Of a stretch of DNA of 64,000 nucleotides, positions 13,584-25,797 are shown piece after piece. Origin of the DNA: Macrostomum hystrix (Eukaryota > Animalia > Platyhelminthes); NCBI GenBank assembly GCA_950097015.1, contig CATNEN010000013.1, positions 62,001-126,000 of the forward strand, written 5' to 3'. The number at the start of each line of letters is the position of its first letter. Positions within the stretch are counted from its first letter, which is position 1. The translations under genes were made by a program, and so were the position numbers. The notes under the pieces were generated by a model, which searched no databases, was not told the origin of the DNA, and was given only the letters and a program-made list of their open reading frames with translations.

Positions 13584-14629
13584 AAGCTCGGCAAGAGCGC
13601 TTGTTCCAGAAACACTAAAAATACTTTCGGGCAAAGAAAAATTTTGGTGAATATTACCGTGACCGTTGGGATACTGAAGGGTCATATTGCCGAAGAAGGT
13701 CGCAATTTGAGGTGCCGCTGCGGTCGCAGAGCTGAATAGCCAAGACAATGTCAGTAGGGTCGCAGTCTAGCTGCAGTCTGGAGTCGTTCTGGACATCATC
13801 GTCGGCTCCGCTTCACAGCAAAGATGGCAAGCCAAGGCACTGCGAATTGCCAGTCGCTGCAAGGGAGTTTCTCTTGTCTTACGAAAGAAGGTAAGCGGCC
13901 TGCAGCCACTCCTATTTGGGTGCTTGGCTGAGGGAGCAAAAAGTGGCTTTGAAAAAAATTTCGCCTCCATCTTACTGGGTCTTCCCACGGGGCGCCAGCC
14001 GTCACCACCGCTGCGGTTGGCTGGGGGCCGGTTGGAGGGTCCACAAGATTGTGGAGCGGGACCCTGCCCCCCTCGGACCGCTTGGCCAGTTGGCATGGCA
14101 ACTAAGGGAATGAAGGGCTAAGTCAAACAGTGTTATCCCCCCCCCCAACCAGTCTCGGCTTAGCCCAGTGAAACAGCCTCCAATGCCAGTGGAGAGTCCA
14201 GCCACACTCATTCCAGTCTCTAAATATTAGGCCAAATTTTAATAGTATTGTTTTTAAAATATTGAATAAACGGGATTACTTTGGAATTCATTGATTTAAT
14301 AACGAAAAACAACTGACAATGCGGCTTAAAAGCATAGTCACCTAGGGATCGAGCCTGCCCCACTGCACTGCTGCTTATCAGTGCTTATCGAATGCAACTT
14401 CGAGTTCTGCTCACCGATAGCCGACGCATTTAGGTCGTATTGCCGCGTAGGACATTTTTCTCCTCCCACGCGATTTTAGTGCCCAGCAGAAACTATTCAG
14501 CAAACACTATAAACCCATGAGTCTGCTTACCCTGCCTATTAGAGCAACTGTTCATGCGCTGCATTTTTTAAAGGACAGAAGAACTTCTAAACTATACCGA
14601 AATAGGTGAGATATCTAACAAGCCTCATC

Positions 14630-15485
14630 TATCAATCCACATCCATCAATAAATCCACATCCGTCTGGCAATCCTCCATTCATCTATCAATCCTCCATCG
14701 ATCAATCAAACATCCATCCATCTATCAAACATCCATCCATCTGTCAACCCTCCATCCATCTATCAATCCTCCATCCATCTGTCAATGATCCATCCATCTA
14801 TCAATCCTCCATCCATCTATCAATCCATCATCCATCAACCAATCCTCAATCCATCAATCAATCCTCCATCCATCAATCAATCCTCCATCCATCAATCAAT
14901 CCTCCATCCATCTATCAATCCACCATCTATCAATCAATCCTCCACCCATCTATCAATCCTCCATCCATCAATCAACCCTCCATCCATCAATCAACCCTCC
15001 ATCCATCAATCGACCCTCCATCTGTTAAGCATTCATCCATCTATCAATCCCCACCCATCTATCAATCCTCCATCCATCTGTCAATCGTCCATCCATCTAT
15101 CAATCCTCCATCCATCTATCAATCCTCCATCCATCTGTCAATCATCCATCTACCAATCATCCATCCATCTATCAAACATCCATCAATCCAAACAATCCAA
15201 ACAATCCATTCATCTATCAAACATCCACCCATCTATCAAACATCCACCCATCTGTCAAACATCCACCCATCTATCAAACATCCACCCATCTGTCAGACAT
15301 CCACCCATCTATCAAACATCCACCCATCTGTCAGACATCCACCCATCTATCAAACATCCACCCATCTATCAAACATCCACCCATCTATCAAACATCCACC
15401 CATCTATCAAACATCCACCCATCTGTCAAACATCCACCCATCTATCAAACATCCACCCATCTGTCAGACATCCATCCATCTATCA
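14630..15485. repeat. Degenerate CCAT/TCAA-based simple repeat grading into a ~20-bp unit
   Basis: atcaatcctccatccatct and atcaaacatccacccatct units; the plus strand is almost devoid of G. Confidence 0.9.
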
Positions 15486-15980
15486 ATGCCTATAGACTGG
15501 AATGCTCGCAGCTTAAATAATCATGCGTCATACTTTTTATGACAAGTACACCTGAAATGCATGTATAAAGTAGGTGAAAAGTTTTTTCTAATAATGCATC
15601 GAAAACTTTCCAGATCTGAACGGGCTGCAAAATCTATAGATCTTCACAGCCTGCTGAATTGTTCCAAAAACTAACTGCTTCCGGGAGCAAGGAGAAGCAG
15701 GAAGCACGCAGATCCCAGCACTGTATGAAAGCAGAAACAATTTGAATTGTGTTTGCAGCCTATACAGTTTGCTGTGGTCTGACCGGGCAACTCTCGCCAG
15801 CTTTCTCCCTCCTGCACGCTAAAATAGCCCAACCTACTCAGGAAAGCAACCCGGCCCAGCTCAGCGCTGGAATAGAAAATAAAATCGAAGTCTTCATCTT
15901 CAGTACTGCGTACTCAGCGCTGGCTGGACGCACACTACTGGCTATAAAAACTTGTTTGCCGGACCAAAAAAGTGATGACC

Positions 15981-15996
15981 CACACACACACACACG

Positions 15997-16039
<43 letters not shown>
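15981..16039. repeat. (CA)n followed by (CAG)n microsatellite
   Basis: Seen directly at 15981-16039. Confidence 0.95.
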
Positions 16040-16040
<1 letters not shown>

Positions 16041-17116
16041 TGCAGTAGTAACGGCAACGGTTTTTCTTCGCTAGAAGAGAAGCTAAATGAGACTAGCAGA
16101 TAATACTTAATACTCATACCACTACTACTTGATAGTAGTAAAACGCGACTCGAAAGTCTTTAATACTTACTTTAAGAAAGGCTAAAACGGCGCCAATATG
16201 ATGTTTTACCAATGACAGAAAAACATTATTTTACATGGAATGTGTGCAAAGCTCAGAGCCCCACTTAACGGGCTATAATGTAGGTCAAAAAGCGAAATTA
16301 CTTTTGTCTATGGTAGGAACCGAATTCTTTTTAATTCCAACCTGTAGAACAAATCTTTCAAGCCACTAAAAGTGCATGAAATGAATTGGATTGTTATAAT
16401 AAAACAACTCGGCAGCTTATTTTTGAAGCCCATTAAATAAAAAAGACAGTTTATTTCTAAAGGGACAAAGTTGCGAGGGAAGTGAGCCTTCTTGTTGAAA
16501 GTATTTATTTCGAATTGAAATCCGCCGGGCAAGCAAACAAGAGCAGTAATGTAGACAAACAAGGGAGTCTGTGGGGAAGCGAATCTTTTTTAAAGCACAC
16601 ACGCAACTAAAGACAAAAAGAGCTTGGCTTCGAGGGACAGCACTTGGCCAACAAGAGAAATAGCGGGCGGCACTCTAGGAGAATTGAAACTTGCTCTTCT
16701 TTTTTGTAAGAGTTTTTCGAAAATGACATCTGAGAGCGAAAATGTAAAAGGAACAGCTATTGGTCGCGAAGGGTATATGCAGCGGGCAAAGGTTTTTGGA
16801 CGACCCAAATACGTTTTACCAACACTAGGCTTTTGCTAATGAAATCATTTAGACCAGACGGGACTCAAAGAATAACAAGGGACGGGGGCAAGGAAGTGGC
16901 CAAAATAATTGTCTTGCTAAACTTTTTCATGAAAACTCAAACACTGAAACAAAGAACTATTCGTACGGAAATACCGAAAAGCAAAAGCTACGGCAAGTTT
17001 TCTCTCTTCTCGCTTTTCCCTCAAGCACTGCAGCGCTGTATCGTCTTTTGTGTAAATGAAACAGAGATAGAGAAAAAGCTTGTTTAAATCACTCATTGTG
17101 ATTTAGCTTCTCTTGT

Positions 17117-18452
17117 TTAGTTAAGCACGGTTGTAGCAGCCGGCCCTGGGCTCGCCAGCATTGCTAGGCCAGCCTTGCCACCGTTCATCACCCCGTTGCC
17201 CCCGACGGCGGCAGCTGCAGCGCTGGCGGCCGCAGCTGCTGCAGCAGCGGCGGCGGATGAAGCTGGTTTTGGACTGCCAGACGATTTAAATGACACCTGA
17301 AGGGTTCGGTTGCCAACTGTGTAGCCATTAAGCGACTGAATAGATAATAGGGCCTCTTCGTAGTTGCTCATCGTGACAAAGCCGAAGCCGCGGCACTTGC
17401 TCGTGCTGGGATCCCTGATAACCTTGACGGTCTGAACAGCGCCAAACGGACCAAATAGTTCCCAGAGGATGCGGTCCTCCGTCTCAGGAGCCAGGTTATA
17501 GACGAAGATGCACCAGCCGCCACTGGGTGTCATGCCACCGTTCTGAGCGACCACCGTTTGAGCCAGTAGGGCATGGTTCTGAATGCCGCCAGTGCTTGAC
17601 ATGAGGTCACCTATGCCGCCTATGCCGTTGCTGACGTGGTGGCCCTGGTAAGATTTGATATAGTTTCGGGACAGAGCAGCCAGCTGCTGAATCGGGCTGG
17701 AGATTTTGGAGGCGGCGGCGGCGGCAGCCGGTGATGGCATGTTGCACTGCTTGAGAAAACTGTTCACCAGATTGCCACCCTCCTGCCTGGTCGCACTGGG
17801 ACTGTTGGCGAACTTCACCGTGATGGCTTCGGCGCCCTCCTCCGGCTCGAATCCATTCAAACGTTTAATGGCGTCCTCGGCCTCGCTGCGTTGATCGAAG
17901 CGGATAAAAGCGACGCCACGCGACAAGCCAGTCTTGTTGTCGTACAGAATGCGCAGAGTGATGATCTTGCCGCACTGGTTGAACATTCGCTCCAGCTCGT
18001 CCTGCGTCATCTTCTTGGGCAGGCCGCAGATGTACAGATTGGCGCCTTTGATGGCCTCGGAGCTGGGGCGGGCCAGCGACACTTTGATTGTCTTGTTCTG
18101 CAGCCGCAGCCCGTTTAGCGTCTTGATGGCCTTGTCGGCTTCCTTCGGTTGCATATACTTGACGAAAGCGTAGCCGAGGCTCTCTCCAGTGGCGCGGTCG
18201 CGCACAAGTTTACAGCTCTCGACCTCGCCGATGCTAGTGAAGAGGGCACGCACATCCTCCTGAGACATAGCCGGTGGCAGGTAGTTCACTATGAGGTTGG
18301 TGCGGTTCTCTGTGGTTTGAAAGGGTGTGTTTCCGTGCGTACATTTGAAATTTTGAATGCTATACAATTGAAAATTATTACAACTCTAGTGAAGTAAACT
18401 CACCATTGTCGGTGATGCCACAGGAGGAGTTGTTGGTGTCCTTTCCCAGCAT
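17117..18452 (-). CDS. elav: ELAV/Hu-family RNA-binding protein (3 RRMs)
   Basis: Exon 1 18452-18404 (MLGKDTNNSSCGITDN, GTGAGT donor), 94-bp intron, exon 2 18309-17117. Motifs RTNLIVNYLP, SLGYAFVKY, NGLRLQNKTIKVSLARPS, ANLYICGLP, GWCIFVYNL and CRGFGFVTM are typical of ELAV/Hu. Confidence 0.95.
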
Positions 18453-19161
18453 GTCGCTAGATGTCATACCTGCAAGCGGGGCCCGGTTTTCCGAAAAAAT
18501 GACGCCGGGTAAGAAAGCGAAAAGTGCAGCCGAGCAGAGCTTTCTAACTCCTTCAGTGTGTGTATCTGACTCGCACTCGCGCGCAAGATTATCTTGCTTG
18601 CCTTGCCCCCTCAGAGTCTACTGTACTAGCGGCGAAGCTTATTCCATAAACTGAGGGTAAGGGCTGCGATGTCTATGGCCAAAACTGTGGAATCACAGAT
18701 ACGCTGCAGGCTGCACTTGCAAGAGTTTAGCCTATGCTTGTTGTCGGTAACAGTTGAAGCAGCTGATTTAACTGAAATGATAGAGCCCTGTGTGTATTTG
18801 ACTCGCGCTAAGACAAACAACGTTTTTTATAAAGATGTGAACAATAATGTAACTTTAAATTTAGTCTGACTCCTAGCTCTGAAACTTCTGTAAAGTAATT
18901 AGATGATTATAAATTTTTGATTAAATGATAATTTAAATTGCGATATCACACCTTACGCTGTACTTTTCTTGTTTTCTTGTACTTTTATTACCCTTCATCT
19001 TTGCATGATATGCAAATCTAGATTAGTCTTAGAATTTCTTTATTCATGATTCTCTCTTTAGGTTTAAATAGAGGGGTACCATTGAGTTTAGATGAATTTT
19101 CTCATTGAATCTATTGTGCCTCTCTTACTTAGGCAGTTAAATAATTTGAATTACAGGTTAA

Positions 19162-19711
19162 CAGTAGAACTACCCTCCTTGACAATTTTATGTGCTGCAC
19201 CCGAACGGAACAACGGAAGCACGCGAAACTTCAGAAAACTCGGGCCAAGTTATCGTTGCGCATATTCTGAAACAATAATCAAGCCGTCGGCTCTTCAGAC
19301 CGTCGAGACATTCAATGTTTCTGGCCGAAGGTCCGATTTTTCCCATAAGCGCTAGTGTATTTCATACAAGGCAAGGCCTTCAAAATTTATCAGCATGTCA
19401 CCCGAATGTGCCTACATATCTCCGTTCTTTAGTGGTCACCTACCTTTGTCTAGACGGATTTGCTGGACCTTCAAGGGCTACAACAGGGCGGAATAGGCCA
19501 CTATGGACACCCTGACGCGAATTTCTCCAATTTCACTGATCAAGCCTAAATACTGGGCGCAGCACGACCACAGTACATCAAGGCCTAGTCTGTCAACCAA
19601 TCAGTCACCACCAAACGCTGTTAGCATTCAGCATTTGCCAAAAATGCTTAGGGGGGGATTCCCTTCCCTTGGAATAACAACGGGCGGCAAAATGGCTTGG
19701 TAGTCCTACTG
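19162..19711. mobile_element. MITE, copy 2
   Basis: CAGTAGAACTACC ... GGTAGTCCTACTG termini, flanked by TTAA and TTGA; colinear with 3268-3868. Confidence 0.85.
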
Positions 19712-20574
19712 TTGATTCTTGTCTATGCCCAAGTTCATTGTTTCTTCACTGTTTCTTGCATTTTAAATATCAAAGATACGTGCGTGTAAAGCTGGAGCCT
19801 TTGAGATTTGAAAATTTTCGCAGTTTTGAGAGAATAGGAAATTTAAAGCATGAATTGTACTTTAACTGTACATGTATCAGTTATCTCTGAAGCCTGAATC
19901 TGAGAGGCTGGTTCCACAATACTTTTTCTTATTTTTTGCACATTGAAATCCTGATAACCCTACTGATGTCTTAAAAATGTCATTTGCGATCTGTCACCAC
20001 ATTCACCATGTCAATTTGAAATATGAGTTAATGGTCTCAACTCTAATTGATGACATGTGCGTTAGCTCTGTCATCGATACACTTTTGGTGAGTGTAACGC
20101 TTTGTAACACAGGCGAGCAGCAATATTTAAGATATCGGCTGCTGGGTTTAAGTGTGAATAAATTTTTGTCATTAAAAATAGAAATATCATTCAATTCTTT
20201 TTTAGCATTTTATCAATTTTGACATCATATCATTTTTATCATGAGTGTAAACATTCTATTTATTTGGCCTTTTTAGTGAGTTCAAACCAGAAGTAAATAT
20301 ATATTTGAAAAATGATTTAGATTTTTTTATTTTTACAATGGCCTTTCGACTCCTGCGCCGCTCCAGACTCATTCTGGCGTGGCCTACATCTGCCAGATTT
20401 TCTCTTTCTGAGAAGCCGTCGTCCTCACACTGACTAGCAGTCATGAGTTCTGGCTGTCACCGACCAATCATATGCGCTGACTGAGTATTTAACAAAAATT
20501 GCGTTTCGATATCTGCCACTTTTTTAGAGAAATCGTCAACGAATCGCAGGCAGAATAAAAAGTTCTGGTAGCTC

Positions 20575-22605
20575 ATGCTCGCTCTGGACAGTAACGACAG
20601 CGCTTTGGACTTTCCTGCCATAGCAGGGCTGCTCGAAGATGCCAACGATGGCAACAGCGAGCAGCTTCTGTGGGCAATGCTTGGCTGCAGCATGCTGGCC
20701 TCCCTGCTGCTTATCTACAGTCTGCTCGGCCTCAGCCAGAGCCGCTTTGCTCGCTACCGCCTCGGCTGCGTTCTGCTCATGCGCTGGAACTGCGCCGCCG
20801 ATCTCGCCTGCCTGTTGAACAGGTGTCTGTTTGGTCTGGCTAACCGTTACCTGAGCCCAGGAGCTGGTCGCGTTGTGGCCACCTGGCTGTGCAAGCTCTA
20901 TCACCTGAGCGATGGTGTCACAATGTGTTTCCAGGCCTGGCTGCTGGCGTTGTTCGCATTCGAGCGGGCCACAATGTGCTCGAACCCATTGGTTGGCTTG
21001 CGCCGCTTCAACTCGTTCCGCCTGCGACTCGGCTGCGGCTTGGCGTCCCTGCTCACCCTAGCCGCCTATCTGAACCACGTCTGGGTGTTCGGCGTCAGCG
21101 AGGCCGTCCTCTACACCGCCGCTGTCGCTGCTGCCGCTGCAGCCGCCGCTGCCTCCACTGGTAATAACAGCGATTTGGTAGCAAATTTAACATCAACGCA
21201 GATGCCACCTATGCAGGTTATTTACCTGTGCGGAGTCACGACCGACTTTCATCTGGTCTACCAGGTTGGTTTTTTGTGTGAAAATACTGCTGCAATTTAG
21301 GTCCAAAGGCAAATGTTGTCTATCCTTTTCATATTTGGACACTTCGAGCGTAGCCTATAGAATGCTGTTTTATTGCCTAGATGCTTCGTGTTCAGTGCCT
21401 TATTCAACTTCAATAAAAATGCGGGTAATCGAAGAGAAGTCTTTAGACTAAAGATGATTCAAAAGCAATGCTGTGTTTTGATGGTTTTCCAACAGTTTGA
21501 AAATAAAGGAAAAGTGACTGACTATAGCTTTCCTGCTGTCAAGATGTCTATTGTGTATAGCAAAGCGACTGTTGTTATCTCATTTAATGTAACAGAGTAT
21601 ATATATATTATATTCATGATAGCGGTAAAATGTTGTCCTTTCCAATACTTGTGTGCATTTTACTTAAATTGGGCATCGCGTCAAGAAAGGACATTTAGAG
21701 AGACCCGTCAAGGACAACAAGCTAGAAGCGTGCCAATTGGATTTGGCCAACGTCTTACCTAACCAGAAGTTGAGTCGAGCATTGCCAATCTTTATAAACC
21801 GACGCAGGTGGTGGTCAAGCTAGAGCTCCTTACCAATGTCCTCCTGCCGGGACTCGTGTGCGCCGGCTGCACGTCGCTGGTCGCCTATCGCCTGATTCTC
21901 GGCCGTGGCGGCTGCGCCAGAGGTGTCAACCAGGCAGAAGGAGGTGGCGTCGGCGGTGGCATTGGCAACAGTTTCAACATCGTCAGCGCAGGTGCCCGAG
22001 CCAATGGCGGCAGCGAGCGGCTGAGCCTGGTGGTCAACGCGTCCAGGCGAGCCCGGCCGGCCATGCTGGACGAGTTCAACCTGAGCGTGAAGCTGCTGCA
22101 GCTCTGCCTGGCTGTGTTCTGCTATCCGCCGTTGGCCGTGACGGGCCTGGTTCGAACCGGCTCGGTGATCGCGCAGGCCGAGGTATCGCCGGCGCTTCAC
22201 GCCTACCTGGAGATGCTGGTTCAGCCAATGAAGAACCTGCTGAGCGCCGTGGCCTTCGCTGCATTTGTCGCCAGCCACCAGTTTCGCCGATCGGCCGTCA
22301 GGAAGTCCACGCAGCGGAGATATGCTCGCAGCGGCCGCAGTAGCCAACGAAGACTTCGACACAGGCAGGGCCTGAGCCTCAATTCAGGACCCGGTCACTC
22401 GATGAGTTCCAGTGCCGGAGCCACAGTCGACCACTTCGGCACCATCAGCCTTGAAACCTATGCTGAATTTCCCGACATGGATGCCGAGTCGTCCGCAATC
22501 GAGATTGACGCCGAGATTGACGGCGACGCCGAAGGTGGCGACTGCGGCAACGGAGACAAAGATAAGCCAGTTGGCCGAGCGATGTCCATGGTCACCTGGG
22601 TTTGA
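20575..22605 (+). CDS. Divergent rhodopsin-like (class A) orphan GPCR
   Basis: Exons 20575-21264 and 21808-22605 join in phase 0. About seven hydrophobic segments, with TM3 W-L-C-K...FAFER (DRY-like), an ECL2 Cys (YLCG), TM5 LLPGLVCAGC, TM6 VFCYPP and a long Ser/Arg/acidic C-tail. Confidence 0.75.
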
Positions 22606-22948
22606 AATGCAAATGAACTTATTCTCTTATTTTAACTCTTTGTTACTCAATTGTATAGTCTGTGTGTAGGGTTTGAGATGCAAATGAACCTTTTCTCTTA
22701 TTTTAACTCTTTGTTACTCAATTGTATAGTCTGTCTGTAGGGTTTGAAATGCAAATGAACTTATTCTCTTATTTTAACTCTTTGTTACTCAATTGTATAG
22801 TCTGTCTGTAGGGTTTGAGATGCAAATGAACCTTTTCTGTTATTTTAACTCTTTGTTACTCAATTGTATAGTCTGTCTGTAGGGTTTGAGATGCAAATGA
22901 ACCTTTTCTCTTATTTTAACTCTTTGTTACTAAATTGTATAGTCTGTA
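22598..22948. repeat. 71-bp tandem repeat x5 overlapping the GPCR stop codon
   Basis: Units start at 22598, 22669, 22740, 22811 and 22882 (gggtttgaRatgcaaatgaac...). Confidence 0.95.
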
Positions 22949-24235
22949 ATTCAGAATTCGAATTTGACTTGTTTCATGCATTGGCGTCTTTTTATATTTT
23001 TTAGGTTAGAGCCGTCATGTTAATCCCAACATCGTTAATGTTATGACTGTCCGTTCTTTCTGCTGTACATTTTTGCTTTTATGACGAGTTTATGCGCTAA
23101 AAGCTTTATGATTTTTAGATATTGTGATTAGACAACTGGATTCATTTATTAATAAGTGCAGGTGTATAACGCTACCAGGTGTGTAGGAACCGGGCGCATG
23201 GGTAGGGAGTAGGGGGTTCGGTTTTTTTTATCTTTCTACGAGTTGAAACGAAATTAAGCGTAAACTGAGTATTTCCGGGGTTTTTTTCGCGTTCCGGATT
23301 TTTTAAATCGTTATAAATATCATTATAGTATGCTACCTTACCTAATAATGTGCAACAAGTTACACAAAAAATAATTTTGTTAATTAATTCATTTCGTGAA
23401 ATTTCTATAACTTGTATGATATGATATGATCTAGTTATAATTATGCTTTGTGTTGATGCTCCTCTATCTGAGTCCACACTTATTTTTTTATATTTAAAGC
23501 TAACTTTTCATTTATTTCATTGCACATTGGAGGAAATTACTGAATGATAGAATAATGAGTGAGTGAGAGAATCAAAGAGAGACAGTGCTAAATAAAATGT
23601 CAAGCCGATATGATACCATCTTTGGAGAAAAAAATATTTCGCTGAATAGAATAGATTCAAAAAAATAGAAAACTTGCTTTCTCTCGCCTTTATTCCTTTG
23701 AATCAGTTTCAGGTTATGACTTATGGTGAGATGAATCCTTGAACGGGGTTCGGGGTTAGAGGTTCGGGTTCGGGTTCTACCCGAAGCAGGATTAAAGCAG
23801 GACCCGGCCTGAATGTATCCATTTGGCTTTTGAATGACAGCACTTCTGGCGTCCTGTCTCTCCCCCTTGCCGCCCTAAAATACATTATACAGCAGCGGTT
23901 ACTGTGATCTTCCCTTCTTCGCTGCTTCTTTGAATGATGACTGCTTCAATTTCTTGCTCTCTGCCCTTCCATCGCTTGCTTGCATTCAAAATCCGTGAGA
24001 AATCCCGCCAGAGATTCGGCCGACTCAATCAGGCCGATGAATTGCCCCAAGACGAATTACCCGCAGCGCATATTTGTTACAAGTAACTGCGTAAAATATG
24101 AAGCTCCCCAATTGTAATTATTGAAATGATCGTTGGACACCCGTACATTTTCATTGCATTGTATAGTCAATGAATTGCCCTGATGAGAAATGAATGCCTC
24201 AGGTAATGAAGTCAATTGAATTCAAAAAATAAATT

Positions 24236-24552
24236 CTGATTGGTGACTGATTGGTTGACAGACTCGGCCTTGATGTACTGTGGTCGTGCTTTCTCCTAAT
24301 AATATATAGGCTTGATCAGTGAAATTGGAGAAATTCGAGTCAGGGTGTTCATAGTAGACTATTCCGACCTGTTGTAGCCCTTGAAGGTCCAGCAAATCTG
24401 TCTAGATAAAGGTAGGTGACCACCGAAAACTGGAGATGATGAAGGCACATTCGGGTGACATGCTGATGCAGGGGTGTACAGGGTGTATATGAAATTCACT
24501 AGCGCTAATGGGGAAAATCCGACTTTCGGCCAGAAACATTGAATATCTCGAT
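24236..24552 (-). mobile_element. MITE, internal fragment (copy 3, inverted)
   Basis: Reverse complement of the 3'-central part of copies 1 and 2 (e.g. ggcttgatcagtgaaattggagaaattcg, cctgttgtagcccttgaaggtccag). TIRs are absent. Confidence 0.8.
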
Positions 24553-25797
24553 GCGATGATCTTGACGATTTAATACTTCTATTTTGTCAATTTTTATAGG
24601 CATTGCATGCGCTGTAACTTCTATTCTACTATACTCATAAAAACGATACTATAGGCATAGTAAGCAACTCCGGCCCGCGTCCGGCCGTGTGGTGTGTGCC
24701 ACTGATCCTGATCCGACAGATGGGGAAGTACTCGCAACAGTTGCTGCTGCTTAAATGAATGATGTAAACATAAGTAAATTTGAGACCATCGCGAATCTGC
24801 CTTGTTGACTCGTTAGGCCGAGTGGGGACAGACAAATGTAACATGGTCCCCACAAAACAGCACGGCGGCCTAACCATATTTGGCTGGCAGCTCAAGGGTA
24901 ATTTTAGCACTCCTTTTCTCTGTCAGCGGAAGTGATAGTAATAATAATGGATCAACGAAGAAATTAAAATCATGTTTCACTTAGCCCGCATCATACAAAT
25001 ATATATAGCAACGTAAATATGGCCGGGCGTGTGGACTTACCAAACGCTCGTAAATGCTTCTATCAAAGGGTTAAAACATTTTCAAAGGAAAAGGCTATAG
25101 AAAACAAGTCATTCATTTACAATTATGTAAATATATATCAACCGTTTCTTAAAATCCAGTGCATGCCTTCGCAAACAGCTAAGATTTATGCTGCACCTTA
25201 CCTTGACGAATATACTGCTCCAATGCACATAAAATTGGGATATTCCCGGGAAATTCGAGTCTTGCCCATACACGTGGAAAATTGATCAAGTTAAATTAAT
25301 GTTGCACTATAGCTTACACGCACTAAAATTTACTGACTTACCCAGAATGCTCAACAAGTTGGTGCTGTAAGTTTAGTGCTAAAAGATGAATCGTAACATG
25401 TACAAAATTACGCATTAAAAATTTTCTAAACAGGAAATTGCGTACGGTACAAAAACAAAATGTTTTGGTTGCAATTAAATTGACATAATTTCTTAGACTT
25501 TCGTAAAAAATTCAATTTAAAATTTATTCTTCGAAAAAAACGATTGCGTTCTACGAGTACTACGAACGTATTAATTTCACGATTGACATTCACATTCACA
25601 TTCACATTCAAACAAGAGTATTGTAACTTAAAAAATAACCATTCAATTACAGCGAAACTTACAAGATCTTCTGATGCAACTAAGATAACGTTCCAAAATA
25701 AATATAATTTATTTTTGTCAATGCATAAAAGAATTACACAGCTTTAAAGTTTGTTCCTATCTCCGCAGTGTATATTCTTGTACTTTCAAAAAGTAAC

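Noticed and set aside
18310-18367. ORF-track start for ELAV (MYSIQNFK...)
   Set aside because: It lies inside a 94-bp GT-AG intron. The upstream exon 18452-18404 gives a phase-consistent start.
24075-24170. Minus-strand peptide LYNAMKMYGCPTIISII, reminiscent of a LINE reverse-transcriptase segment
   Set aside because: It is too short, with no neighbouring RT motifs, and cannot be supported without a search.
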